A stretch of 64,000 bases of DNA from assembly GCA_053919585.1 (NCBI GenBank), contig CM132788.1; one strand, written 5' to 3'. This document shows, in pieces, positions 52,131 through 64,000 of this stretch. The number at the start of each line of letters is the position of its first letter. Within the stretch, counting starts at the first letter, position 1. The position numbers and the translations under genes were made by a program. The DNA comes from Euprymna scolopes (taxonomy: Eukaryota). The notes under the pieces are model-generated. The model did no database searches. It was not told the origin of the DNA and saw only the letters and a list, made by a program, of their open reading frames with translations.

Positions 52131-53427
52131 TAAAAAAAACGATATTAAAAAGATAGTGAGTATTGCATTCGCTTTTTTTCATGTGTGGTTTATGCTTTGG
52201 AAGAAAGTGGGGTATATATTTTGTGAATGTAAGTCGTAGGGATGTTGGAGGGAGGTGAGGTTAAGAAAGGGGGTAGGAATGCGGGTTAAAGGGAAAATGT
52301 GAAATACAGTAACATATGGTTAAGCTGTAACAGTGGGGAAGTACTAGTATTATTTTAACTTGGCGGTTGTTTATTGGCCTAAATTAAAAGCGTAAACTAC
52401 ACCTGAATATCTTATAACAACAAATAAATCCTTGACTCTCTTTTGAATATCGCTTCGTTTTTGACCTGACGAAGTTGTCTGCTTGAATTAGGATTCTACT
52501 GGAACATGTATGCACAATAATAGAAGTATAGCGAGTTACACTTTGAATTTGTCTTTACATAAGCAGTAATGTGTTGCTACACAGTAATGAGGATTATATA
52601 TACAGTCCTAACATGAGGAAAATGCTCAATATTTAAGACAGAGCGTCGGTATGGGAAGGAAGTAAAATGGTTGCAAATTACAATTTCATACATAAATTTT
52701 GGAAACAGAGACTAATTCATTGTTGTTTTATATATCTGATGTCTAAGTCTAATGATTTCAGTCGGCGATAATTTCACGCTTAAGACTTTTGATGAATAAA
52801 TCAATTATGTTCTCTGCCAACAATTGTATTTTAAACTGATTTTTCTGGTTTCTGTATTTTCAATTAGATCTTCATTTCAGACCTGAAAAAGTATATCAAT
52901 TTAAGAACGGTAACAATTTTTAATACAATTAATTATAAATTGTGTTTGGCAATTATAACTATTAACTTCATATAGAAATCGAAATATACAATTCATAAAA
53001 AAGTTCATTGCGTACGCATTCTGCACAACTGCTTTCCGGGAAAGAAAAAAGAGAACAGATATATTACGCTACTAGTAACGGCTGAAAGTTTGTGCTAATA
53101 GAAATATGCCTGCTTTGGATTACGAGATACATGCAACCAAGTAAAGAGGTGACATAAGAGATGTTTAGACTAGTTACCTCAATATTCCATTTTCACTCAT
53201 AGGTTTCATCCACGTTTGTTTACATTTTCCTTTCAGAAAACAGAACATAATTATAATTTACTAAGTATTTCTATCAATTTATAATTTCATAACAAAACGA
53301 TACTGTACTAACTAGACTGACCCTTAAAATTCATATTTAAAAAATCATAATATTTATCAAATAAACAGTTTCATTTTAAAATAAAACAAGTGAATCATGC
53401 ATGCCCCCACCCCGTGAGTGCGCAGTG

Positions 53428-54089
53428 AACAAGGCATAGAAATATGACCCAGTTAAGCAATTGCCCGCCGCTCCATTTAGCCCCAAAAGTCCACAGGAGA
53501 CGTCAAATCCTGGTGAAAATGGACAAACGGTGCGGTTTTACGTCTTAGCATATATACATTTAAGTCCTGCACCAGACAAAAAAGAAATGACTAAGTCCAT
53601 CATTTGCTTCCTTCCCCATTTAGCCTCCAAAATCTATAAGACCTTAACATATTTAAATTTGAGTTCGGCACCAAAACTGCTAAATAGACATACACAGAAA
53701 ATATTGGCAAATATGGTAAAATAGTCCCAAAAATGGAGTATTTTTATTAGCCCTAAAAGAGCACCCGGGGCACACCCAAGAGTCATCGCGAAGTATAGAC
53801 AAACTAAATTATATAGAAATAAGTTAGTTACAACTTTTCAGAAAGTTTTATAAAAATCCAAATCATCAATTTTTTTAATAAGCACAAAAGTGTAAATTTC
53901 AGTCATTTTAACCCGAAAGGCACCCCTAGGGGGTTTGTTTTTTCGGATTTTTTACTCATATAATGTTTAATATTTGTGCAAAATTTCTAAAAATTCCGAG
54001 GCATAGTTATTGAGAAAAGTGCGGACAGACGAACGGACGGACGAGAGTGAATTTACAGCCCCACTCTCCTTTTGTCGGTGGACCAAAAA
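53428..54089 (-). mobile_element. Helentron-associated (DINE-1/HINE-like) non-autonomous element
   Basis: Minus strand: TTTTT, hairpin ccaccga..gagtgg, (GTCC/GTCT)n microsatellite, 3' stem-loop ggtcata tttc tatgcc then TTGTT. Confidence 0.65.
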
Positions 54090-54682
54090 TACTAGAAGGA
54101 AACACCAAGTCGATAGCTAGTCTACATGACAAAGAAGTTTCTCTGTCTGACAAATAACGGAATGTGTACATAAACGTTGCAGCTTATATACAAATAGGGT
54201 CGTTTTAACATTATATAGTAACCGCTCATCAACGCTCGAAGGCCACTCAAGAATAATGGTTGATTGGAATGTGACGGAAATTTGATGAGTCAATTTATTT
54301 TAGAGGACAACACGCCAAGAATCTGTTCACGTTGGAATTGAAAACGACCATGTTATAATAATATGGGAAGCAGTTCCGCGGTATTGTGTTCCACAGATGA
54401 GCAGTTATATGAAAAAAGAACTGTTTATGGAATTTCCGCTTACATTTCGGCACAAATAGAAAGTAAGGGAAATTGGTGATAGTTTTTGTTAGTTAAGTGT
54501 TTGTCGCTCATACTGAACTTGTTTTTACTCTGTCGTGGGTTTTAAAACATAGAGTTAGACTATACAATATTATTTTGCCACTAAATGTGTACAGACATTT
54601 CTGTAATTTCCTTAATGGAGAATGCCTTGCCTTGATAGAGTTCAAAATAGACTTCGTAACCTCGTAGATGTCCTTTTGTCTT

Positions 54683-55132
54683 CCTTGCAACCTCTATCTC
54701 ACAGAAGAGATGTTCCAAGGTTGTCTCTGCCGTATCGTTATTTTCATGAAAAGTGTTCAACTGAGCTTTAATTTATGTTCCCTGTCGCCAAACTTTCACA
54801 AGAAACACTCGTCTATCTGAAAACACTATCAATAATTCCCCCACACTTTATATGTTCCTAAACCTAAACGTAGATTCCATGAACAAAGCTTCTTTCTTAG
54901 AACTGCACGCCTGTGGAACTCTTTTCCGTTTTCTTACTTTTCAGCTGACTACAATATGGTTGTCTTCAAGTCCAACGTAAACAAGTTCTTGATGCACCGT
55001 TCCACTTGTTAAAAATTTACCGAATTTCCATTACTAAGGATTACTATATTGTTCAATTTCTACTGTACATTCTTTAATCCTTGTCCTCGAGTGTCCTCTT
55101 AGCCTTGACAAGTGGCGATGCTTATGTAAAAA
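54683..55132 (+). mobile_element. Older diverged CR1/Zenon-like LINE 3' end
   Basis: cgtagattccatgaacaaagcttctttcttagaactgcacgcctgtggaactct shared with 6099-6152; ends atgtaaaaaa. Confidence 0.85.
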
Positions 55133-58100
55133 ATGTATTATTTACTTGTACTTTTACGTGAGCAAAGTTAGATACAGGCTTGGTTTTATAATGTAAGTAA
55201 TATACAGGTTGCTGCAGAAATATTTCAAACATTTTAAACTTGTAACTAGATGTTGCTAATGAACTTATGCAAGTGCCAATAATGTTTTCGTTTAGTAAAT
55301 TACTTGCCATTCATTTTCAAATACCCTAATTAAGCAAAAAGGTTTGTACTGATGTACGCCATGATTTTACTGTAGAAATGTTTTGGAAGAATGCTGATTC
55401 TCTGACTGAAACACCAGAAAATCAATAGAGCTATGGGTTGCAAATTTCAAAGCTACAGGTTCGGCACTTTAAAGAAAGCCACCTGGAAGGCTTCAAAGCA
55501 CTCGAACGCCAGATTGCACACGCGCGACTTTTTTAAAATTTAGAAGATATCTCTGTCGCACCCTGTAAAACTCCTTAGAAATAGCATTTTAAATAAATAG
55601 TTTTTCTTTACTGATAGTCCTCAGTGTAGATAAGATGCAGTATCTGAATAGACATTATACTTTGGTTTTTGTCAAAAACAGTCAATGTGTTTAACATAAC
55701 AAAAAGTAATTATGTCCATCTATAATAATCAATTGTGGGTTTATATTCACTCAACTTACTTTATAACAGTATTTAAAAAGATAAACTGATTTATTTCGAC
55801 AGACACTTATGAAAGTGTTGAAGCCGGTCATAATATCATGGAATGTTCCTTAATAATGGAGAAATACAACGATTTAACAATGTAATGTGCAGCTGTTTGT
55901 CAATATTTCTTTAATTGAGAATTCTCCTCCACAGAAGTAAACCCTGCCTTCATATAAAAATAACATACTATTCGAATCCCAAGTAAGATTAGTAAAGCAA
56001 TGTCTCATATATTACCACAAGTAATATCATACAAAAAATAAAACACGTGAAAATACATTATGCTATAGTTCTCAATGCATTAAGAGGAAATAAGTATTTT
56101 TATAAAAGGAGTTGTGTTTGAAGGTTATATCAATGCAGTTCGTGGGAAACACCGTGGACACAAGTAAATATACAAAAGAATAATGCCAATATTGAAGAAG
56201 TTTTTAATAGTTTTCAAATATATTACATTTATTTGCCAACATAATGTGTCATATAAGATGGTAGGTGTTGATGCCCCTAATTTTCAAGAGTAGTATCTCT
56301 TTTTCAGGGGAGAAAATAAAAAGAAACGTGTACAACCGTTCAGCGAGCCTTTTCTTTGTCCCTTTTTATTTATGCATTTTTATTTGTGGAAGTCAGTGTA
56401 GCAAACTGCCAGTCAAATCAATTTCCAAAGTTGTGATGAATATTGAGTATTTCCTACGAACAATATTGATTTATCCTTCAAGCACAACTCTTTGCACACT
56501 ACGCACAATGCTTGAAGCAAACTAGAAAATCAATCTAAAATATTCTTTATATTTATTAATTTTTAATATTGCTTAATATGTTACAGATAGAACCCGTGGT
56601 ATAACGGATTAAGTACTAGGTAAAAATTCAGTAATAAGTGTAATTCTTCTGGATGTTGAAGGATCAGACATCAGTGCTACAATAGCAAGAATTCAATTGC
56701 GAATTATTTAAAACTTCTTCCCGGCAATATTTGACAGAACAGCAGTATGCTTCCTTCATAGATTAAATTAAGAGTTCCGTTCGACAATCAGTACTGATTC
56801 TAGAATTCCACAAACAGATCCCAAAAAGATTCTAGAGTTCGAAAAAAAAACACATTAAAGACGCTTGAAGTTTATATAAATTGGAACCTTGTGCAAATAA
56901 CAATCAAGATAAAAACACAAGTCCGGATAATCTAAATCATAAATAATTGCTCAATAATTTATTTGGTATGAAGCAGATAATTTTATTGTTATAATTCGTT
57001 CCGTAATATATTTCTAATTAGATTTCTGGCTATAATAACATCGGGGATATACGAGAAGGATCACGCGTTTTCCAACATCATAAATGAAAATGTTTATGTA
57101 GAACGAAGTGGATTCGAACTTGACTACCTAATCAATGTTACTGTTTGTGTCGTGAACCACTTAACCGCCGTTAACTCTCGCCAGAATTGCTACGCAGCGT
57201 CTTTGTCCTCGTGAGTATTGAAAATACATCTACAAACTAAACTGAATATAAGATCTCTATTTCATCCATCATTCACGATCCTGAGGTGATCTCACAATCT
57301 AATAATGTTGAACATTTCGAAAAAAAAAATTGCCTAAATCCCCATTTTATTGTGATCGCGGATACCAACTTTTAGAATTTATTCTTATCATCAACTCTTC
57401 TGTATTTTTTTTAGTATATATCTTCGGGCGGCTATTGGCCTTGATAAGTAGAGACCTAACAGTAAATATAAAACATACTCCATGTTTTAAAATAAGGGAA
57501 TATCCATGTATGAACACTCGGACAGCAATGTAACTTAACAAAGAAATAAAATATTATCCCTGGATAAGGAATCTTCATATTTGACAGATAACTGAAGGGG
57601 CATTAAAAGAACATAAATTAAGATTCTTCAGGCGAACGTTAATTGTGAAATGAAAACATCACCTTAATGTTTTTTACACCTGTTGATAGTGAACTTTATT
57701 TTCAGTTTCATTTGCCTACTTCAAGAAAAGAACACTGCACTTGGTAATTAGACGAAAATATTGATTCTTTAATCAGATTCTCTTTACGTGACGATAAGAA
57801 GAAAGAAAGTTGAAGTAATCGTATTTCACGAGAGAAAACATCTTTAATCATGGCTGCGTTACTTTGTTATTGACGTATATTTTGTCAGATTAGATAAACA
57901 GTCGTTTTAAAAATATCATGTTTTAACTGAAGAGAAAATAAGAGTTCGCAAGGAGTACAATTAGTCTAGAAGGTTTAAAACAAAAATAACTTTATTTAAA
58001 AGGAAGAAGATTAATATACGGAGAGCAGCTAAAAGGTGGAACGCCGTCCTGATATTATGGAATTGTTTTTTTTTTTTGTATAAGTCCACGTACCGCCATA

Positions 58101-58784
58101 CACACATTGATATATTGACCGAGTATAGACAAATGGATAAACTCACAATGACAAGGAGGCACATACGTTGCGATTGTTACTTCATACACCCATGATGATG
58201 TATAAATGAAATTTGACGGTTATATAACAAGTCGTTTTTGCGTATAATATCCATACATTTACCGACACGCAGCGGGGGTCTGTATATACACCACTATGAC
58301 GACACGGAAAGTATATGTTATACATATATAATTTTTACTGTATATGTAACACAAATACGGAAAGGAAAAATAAGCTTTGTAGAGAGTTTAATTAGTAACA
58401 ACACACATACACACACGAAAATGTCAAGATTTAAATTGAAAATAATTAAAATGCAATTTTTGTCATGGAAATCGTTCGAAACAAGGCATGAAGCCACTTG
58501 ATATAAGGAACTAACAAGAAAAGAAGATGATTATTACAAAGAATTGGGATATTTATTGACATTAGTCTTGAAAAAAAAACAAAGGTTAGTATAAGGAAAC
58601 AGTGAGCAGGAAGAGAGTTTCACAACTATTCACTCCTTAGAAAGAAGCTAGGGAATAGGAAGCTGTATTACAATGAGGTATTAAAACAGTGAATTGATTA
58701 AGACCACTAAACCAAAGAGTATAACGAGCTGAAACAAAGGAAGCCGGGAATAGATAAGACAATTCTAAGAAACACATGCCATTA

Positions 58785-59202
58785 TCTATATATCTATAAA
58801 AGTGAACGTGTCTGTCTGTCTGTCTGTCTGTGTACATTTCCCTACGCAATAACTCTGTCAATTTTTAGTCTATAGACTCGAAATTTGAAATACCGGGTAT
58901 TGAGATTTGGGAAAATCGATGTGACGGGTGTCAGCCAGAAATTTGGCTGTTAAGGGGTCAAATTTCAACGATTTGACCTTTAAGAACTCTACCAAACTCC
59001 TCCAACAATTTTGGGTCTAGACACTTGAAATTTTAGATATAGGTTCCTTGAACCTGGATCGAACTTAATAAAGTGATTTGAGCCCGAAACTATAAATTTT
59101 AAGGGGTCATAATAGGGGTCAAATTAAAAAAAAAATTACTCTTTTTTTTTTTGCTCAGCATACACCTCCAAACACCCGGGCAACGCCGGGCTGAAATGCT
59201 AG
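58785..59202 (+). mobile_element. Complete non-autonomous Helitron (418 bp)
   Basis: A|TC start, (GTCT)n, 3' hairpin cccgggcaacgccggg, CTAG|T end, no TSD. Confidence 0.92.
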
Positions 59203-59478
59203 TAGTATATATAGAAAATACTGAGACTAGCAACATCACGTCTGTAAGAGTGGGGGTTGCAGTGAAAAGGAAAGGCTAGACCCAATGAAATTTTTCAAGA
59301 ATTTTAAAATGGGACACAAATTACTCCATACATGGTGTAAAAGTAGATTTGTAAAGGTAGGGGATAACCTTTGGTGTGAAAAAGTGTTTTGAACGATAGT
59401 ATGAACTAATTTTATGAGAAACAGAAATAGTAATGTATTTAATGAAATTAGTTTAATAAACGGGAAAAGAATGCGTGG

Positions 59479-59511
<33 letters not shown>

Positions 59512-59549
59512 AAGAAGAATATAGATAGATAAGAAGATGCTCTCGAAGA

Positions 59550-60660
59550 AGATATTCTCGTTACGGCTGTGATATTACCCACGTCTTGTACGTGATCGTC
59601 TTCTCTAATATTCTGTCTACTTTTTATATATTTTTCTTTTTACTTACAGTGACGTCATTTCGCAGACCGCTGAGTATTTGCATACAGCCGACATACGCAC
59701 GTCCGCGCTCAGTTACATCTGATCATGTTGAAAATGTGAGAACGAAAATAAATAAGAAAGAAAGAACAGAAAACGGAAGAAAAAAAAGTCGGCTAATGTG
59801 AAGGTAAGGTTGAGAGGAGAGAAAGTGAGATAAGCAAAATATAAAATAAAACAAAACAAACATAAATGTAACCGTAAAGATAAAAAAAAAACCCTAACAT
59901 TATAGGCAGAAGGAAGAATTGAAGATGGAAGAAAAAGACGACAGAAGAAAATGGAGAACTGAATAAAAATGGAAGAAAACACAAAGGAAGAGAAAGATAA
60001 CTTTCAGAAGAAGACTCAGCAGCACCGTCGACAAAGATTAGAAGAAATAACGACAACTTACATAAACTTGTCCTGGCTGGCCACCCAAAAAGATCAAGAC
60101 TGAGAAAAGCATGCACCGATTATATCTCTTATCGAAGAGTGTCGAGAATATTGGAAATTTATGGAGGGCTACCGGCACTCAAACCTAGAAAAGACCAACC
60201 AGCTCAAAATTAATGGTAACCGCCTTGACGACAACGAAAAATTGTCACGGCTATCGTAAAAAGGATGAGAGTCGTTGAAATTTGAAAAGAATTTCAGAAG
60301 ACACTTTAGGCCTGTGTAACGTTTTGCACCTTTACACACGTTTTACACACGTTTTACGCACGTAGATACCCGGGACCCAACACTTCGTAGATTCAGTCGC
60401 AAAGAAAACAAAGAATAGGAAAGAACTTCAACTTCTGTTGCAGGTTTTAAGAAAAAAGTTTTATTCCTCATTCTCTCGCCACACGTGACTCCTCATTACG
60501 ATAGTGATATCGTCCACGTCTCTAACGTGATCGTATTCTCTAACATTCTCTCTCTACATTTTTTTATCTTTTTCTTTTTACTTACAGTGACATCATTTCG
60601 CACACGGCTCGGTACTTGCACATAGCGGCCATACGTACGTCCGTGTTCCATTACATCTGA
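59550..60660. repeat. Two diverged ~165-bp direct repeats ~935 bp apart, possibly LTR relics
   Basis: gtgatat..acgtgatcgt.ttctctaa..ttacttacagtgac.tcatttcgca..ttacatctga at 59570-59721 and 60504-60660. Confidence 0.6.
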
Positions 60661-61195
60661 AACTATAGGAACCATCACAATGAGCACCTAATAATATTGT
60701 GTGACAATTCCCACGATTAAATCTATGTACCATTAAAACTGGATGTTTTTGCTCGTGCGTATGCAATTAAAAACCCGTGATTGATTAAAAAAAAAAGATA
60801 GACAAGATGCACATGAATTAGGCAATAGATTTTACCATGCCAATATTGAGTTCGAATCTCAGGTAAATATAAAAACAATGTAAATATAAATTCTTAAGCT
60901 ATGTTACCTTTGATTCCCATAATCCACAAAGAATTTATAATAAAAGCGTATACGATATTACTAAAAAGCTAATATGTTTTTCTCAGATGAACATACTTGT
61001 TAATGTTTTACCAGGAAAATAATATATAGATTTATCGTAGTTATTTACTCTCTCATGCAATGATTATGTAACTGTTCCACCAAATTTTACAAATATATTC
61101 TTAATATTACCTATGAAGCGATAGAGGCTAGGTAAATATAAAAAGATAACTGTAACCAACACCGCTCAAGCAGAGTATATTAATAAGTACTAATA

Positions 61196-62558
61196 CAGGG
61201 TTACCTTCCCCCCCCCCAAAAAAAAAAACGGGCCCCGTGTACACTTTATGTGATATCTCCATTATTTATTCACCGATTGCCCTTATTTTACAGGACATGG
61301 CAGAATCAACGACTGTGAGTACACCAAGACCTCAGTGGGAGCTGAGACAAAGAATACACTGTGTTAAATTTTACTACAAGGCAGGCTCGTTTAAGAAAAC
61401 CCAGGACAGTTTCATGCGTCAGTTCGAATGTGAAAAGGTGCCACCCAAAAGCAGAATTCATAACTGGGTGGACAACTTCAAGAAGTATGGGACCGTAGAG
61501 AACCCCAACGCTGCCAGAGAGAACCGTTCAAGTCGCTAAGGACGTCCCAAGAAGCGAACAGCCGAGCTGGTCGAAAGAGTGAGAGAGTCTCTCCAGCAGA
61601 GTCCGAAACGCTCTGTGCGTAAGCGAAGTCAGTCCCTCGGTATGTCCCGTGAGACTTGCAGGAGAGTGCTGGTGAAGGATATCAGGGCTTACCCATACAG
61701 AATACAGACGCTGCAGATCCTTACAGCCCCAGGCAAGAAGCAGAGGAGGGCTATGGCAGTCAAGATGCTCGAGAAGTTTCCTTAACCTCCTTTGGACCTC
61801 AGATGAAGCCCACTTCCATTTTGATTGAAAGGTGAACTCCAAGACAAATGTCTTCTGGGGGTCCTCTAGACCCAATGAAGTAGCCACCAAGCCCCTGTAC
61901 TCTCCTAAGTGCACGGTGTGGGCTGCAATCTCGGCCAGAGGCATCATCGGATCAATCTTCATCGAAGGATCTGGCACAGCAGTGACAGTCGCCAAGGAGC
62001 GGTATGTGGAGGTTCTCAAAACCTTCAAGAGTGAGCTCTAGACCATCTACCCGTCGCCCATGAGCAAGTACTGGTTCCCGCAGGACGGAGCAAGTTCTCA
62101 CACCTCAAACCTGTCCCGAGATTGGCTGAAAGAGAACTTCGGAGGCCAAGTGATCAGTTTCAAAACTGATTTAGAGTGGGTATTCCATAGCCCGAACCTA
62201 AGCCCCCCAAATTTTTTTCTTTGGGGCTATCTTAAGGACAGAGTCTACGCAGGGAAACCCAGAACCATCACGGAACTCAAGGAAGCCATCAGGGAGGAGA
62301 TGAGAGCCATTACATATTCGGTCTGTAAGAACGTCATGGACAACTTGGTGCTGCGCCTCAATAAATGCACGGAGCCAAATAGAGGTCATCTAGAACATAT
62401 GCTGTAGAACGGAGAAAAAAAGGGTCAAAGGTCCTAGTTTTTTGATGTGATGTTTTGAATATAATAAACTAGTTATGACTAAAGTTTCATTCCATTCGGA
62501 CAGAACACTAAGAAATGGGGCCTAATTAGTGTTGGGGCCCGTTTTTTGGGTCACCCTG
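61196..62558 (+). mobile_element. DD41D (rosa/Visitor-type) Tc1/mariner element, transposase pseudogene 61297-62407
   Basis: TA|cagggttacc..aaaacgggcccc / ggggcccgttttttgggtcaccctg|TA; WTSDEAHF, QDGA, then 41 residues to the third catalytic position (here N) in SPNLSPPNFFLWGYLK. Confidence 0.9.
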
Positions 62559-63699
62559 TACTAATGCTGCTGCTGCTACTGCTACTGCTTCTGCTACTAC
62601 TACTAATACTACTAAGAAGAAAAAGAAGAAAAATGGAGGAAAATATGAATAAAAATTCATCTATGCCGTTAATCTTCTTGTCCTAAAAATATATTACATG
62701 GAAAATAAACATGAGTGGTTTTCTTAAGAACCAACACATGTACATAACTTTATTAGTCAGTATGTGCGCATGCGCGAGAAGGATGTATAACATGTAGCTA
62801 TAACCCCACCACAAGATGACTGTTTTCTGAGAGCTTGAAAATGTTAGCAACTTCAGTCGTGGATATGTTGATTGACTATCAACGGATTCACTTAATTTCA
62901 TGTTCCCGGAATGGTTTACAAATAAAATTACAAGCCAGAATCGCCATGTTGTTCGGGCGGTAATCATTTGGGAATGTTGCTACGCATCGTAGATTTGAGA
63001 AGGGCATTAAAGAAGAAACAAGTTATATGACTTGTTATTTCTTCATTTCTATTATATTTTTCAGAAGCATTTGTTTGCACATAAAATATGTTTTATTTGT
63101 ATTTATCAAGATGTATTTTAGAGATATCTTCTTTGTCCTCTTTTGTTTTATTAGTTCTGAAATATATGATACAAATTCAAAAGTCTTTATATGTTTCTTG
63201 TAACGTAGACAACATTTAATTTACTTATTTCTTTTTTTTTAAACTTCATTTAACTTTCTTGTAAGTTTTAAAAAAATTTTTATGTCGAATATGTTCTTTT
63301 TGTTTACATTCTTTTCTTCGGGTGCTGTTTTTTTTTTGGAGGGGGAGTAATCAACCCACATCCTTCGTATCATTTTTAATAGATTACTTAGTTTCTTACC
63401 AATTCATATTGAGTTCCCAGGTTTGCAGCTGCATCAATTAATAATTCAATTTAGCCTCATCAATTAATAATTCTCTTATTTTACACGATTGCGGGCACGT
63501 TTGTTTATTGTTAATCTTTAAACAGTTGTTATTCGAAACGCTGGCCTTTAACCTCTCTAGATATGTAGACTGCTCCTTGATAATAATTGCAGAAAGGTCT
63601 ATGCAAGAATAAAATTGTAAAATCTGTAGATAGAAAAATGGGAGAAAGACGATTGGATCGTCTGTAATTGTGACGGCGTGTTTACGAAAACTTCCGCAA

Positions 63700-64000
63700 T
63701 AGCATCATCATTGGTGTTTTATTTCGCATAAACATAATTGATCTCACCAGAAACCTATATATCTCCCATGAAGCAACAACAACAACTCACGGAATGACAG
63801 GTTCTTTTGAAATTTGCCAGAGGGTTAGTAAAGCATTCATATTGTCGCCCCTATTGTTTAATATATATGCCGAATATGTGAGAAGCACTCGAACATCATC
63901 TAGCAGGAATCACAATTGGCGAAAGAACAATCAACAAGCTGAGATCCGCTGACGATGTAGTTCTAATTGCAACGTGTATGCAGGAACAACAAGACTTAAC
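63700..64000 (+). pseudogene. Degenerate RTE-clade reverse transcriptase, runs off the window end
   Basis: ILSPLLFNIYAEY..GITIGERTINKLRSADDVVLIA. Confidence 0.75.

Overview
AT-rich, repeat-saturated eukaryotic (probably invertebrate metazoan) DNA with 15 short N gaps and many (TA)n/(CA)n microsatellites. I found no convincing host protein-coding gene; most ORF-track entries are microsatellite or gap artefacts, or transposon relics. The window is a layered transposon graveyard. It holds several Tc1/mariner elements (Hsmar1/cecropia-like, irritans-like, two Tc1, one DD41D rosa/Visitor-like), four CR1/Zenon-like LINE 3' ends (one with an uninterrupted ~410-codon RT/C-terminal ORF), RTE fragments, non-autonomous Helitrons, a Helentron/DINE-like element, a long-TIR Kolobok-like element and a probable solo LTR, with at least four clear nested insertions. 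The most notable signal is not in the ORF track: a dense set of type-I hammerhead ribozyme motifs (about 7 with an intact-looking core plus about 7 degenerate or truncated). They belong to several Penelope-like element (PLE) families that sit against (TA)n tracts. One family shows compensatory changes in stem II and in a palindromic stem III loop, and one unit has a retrozyme-like ~290-bp spacing. A ~1.2 kb unexplained coding-like relic with a triplicated His/Cys motif lies at 26.5-27.7 kb. All calls were made by eye; coordinates of degenerate elements are approximate.
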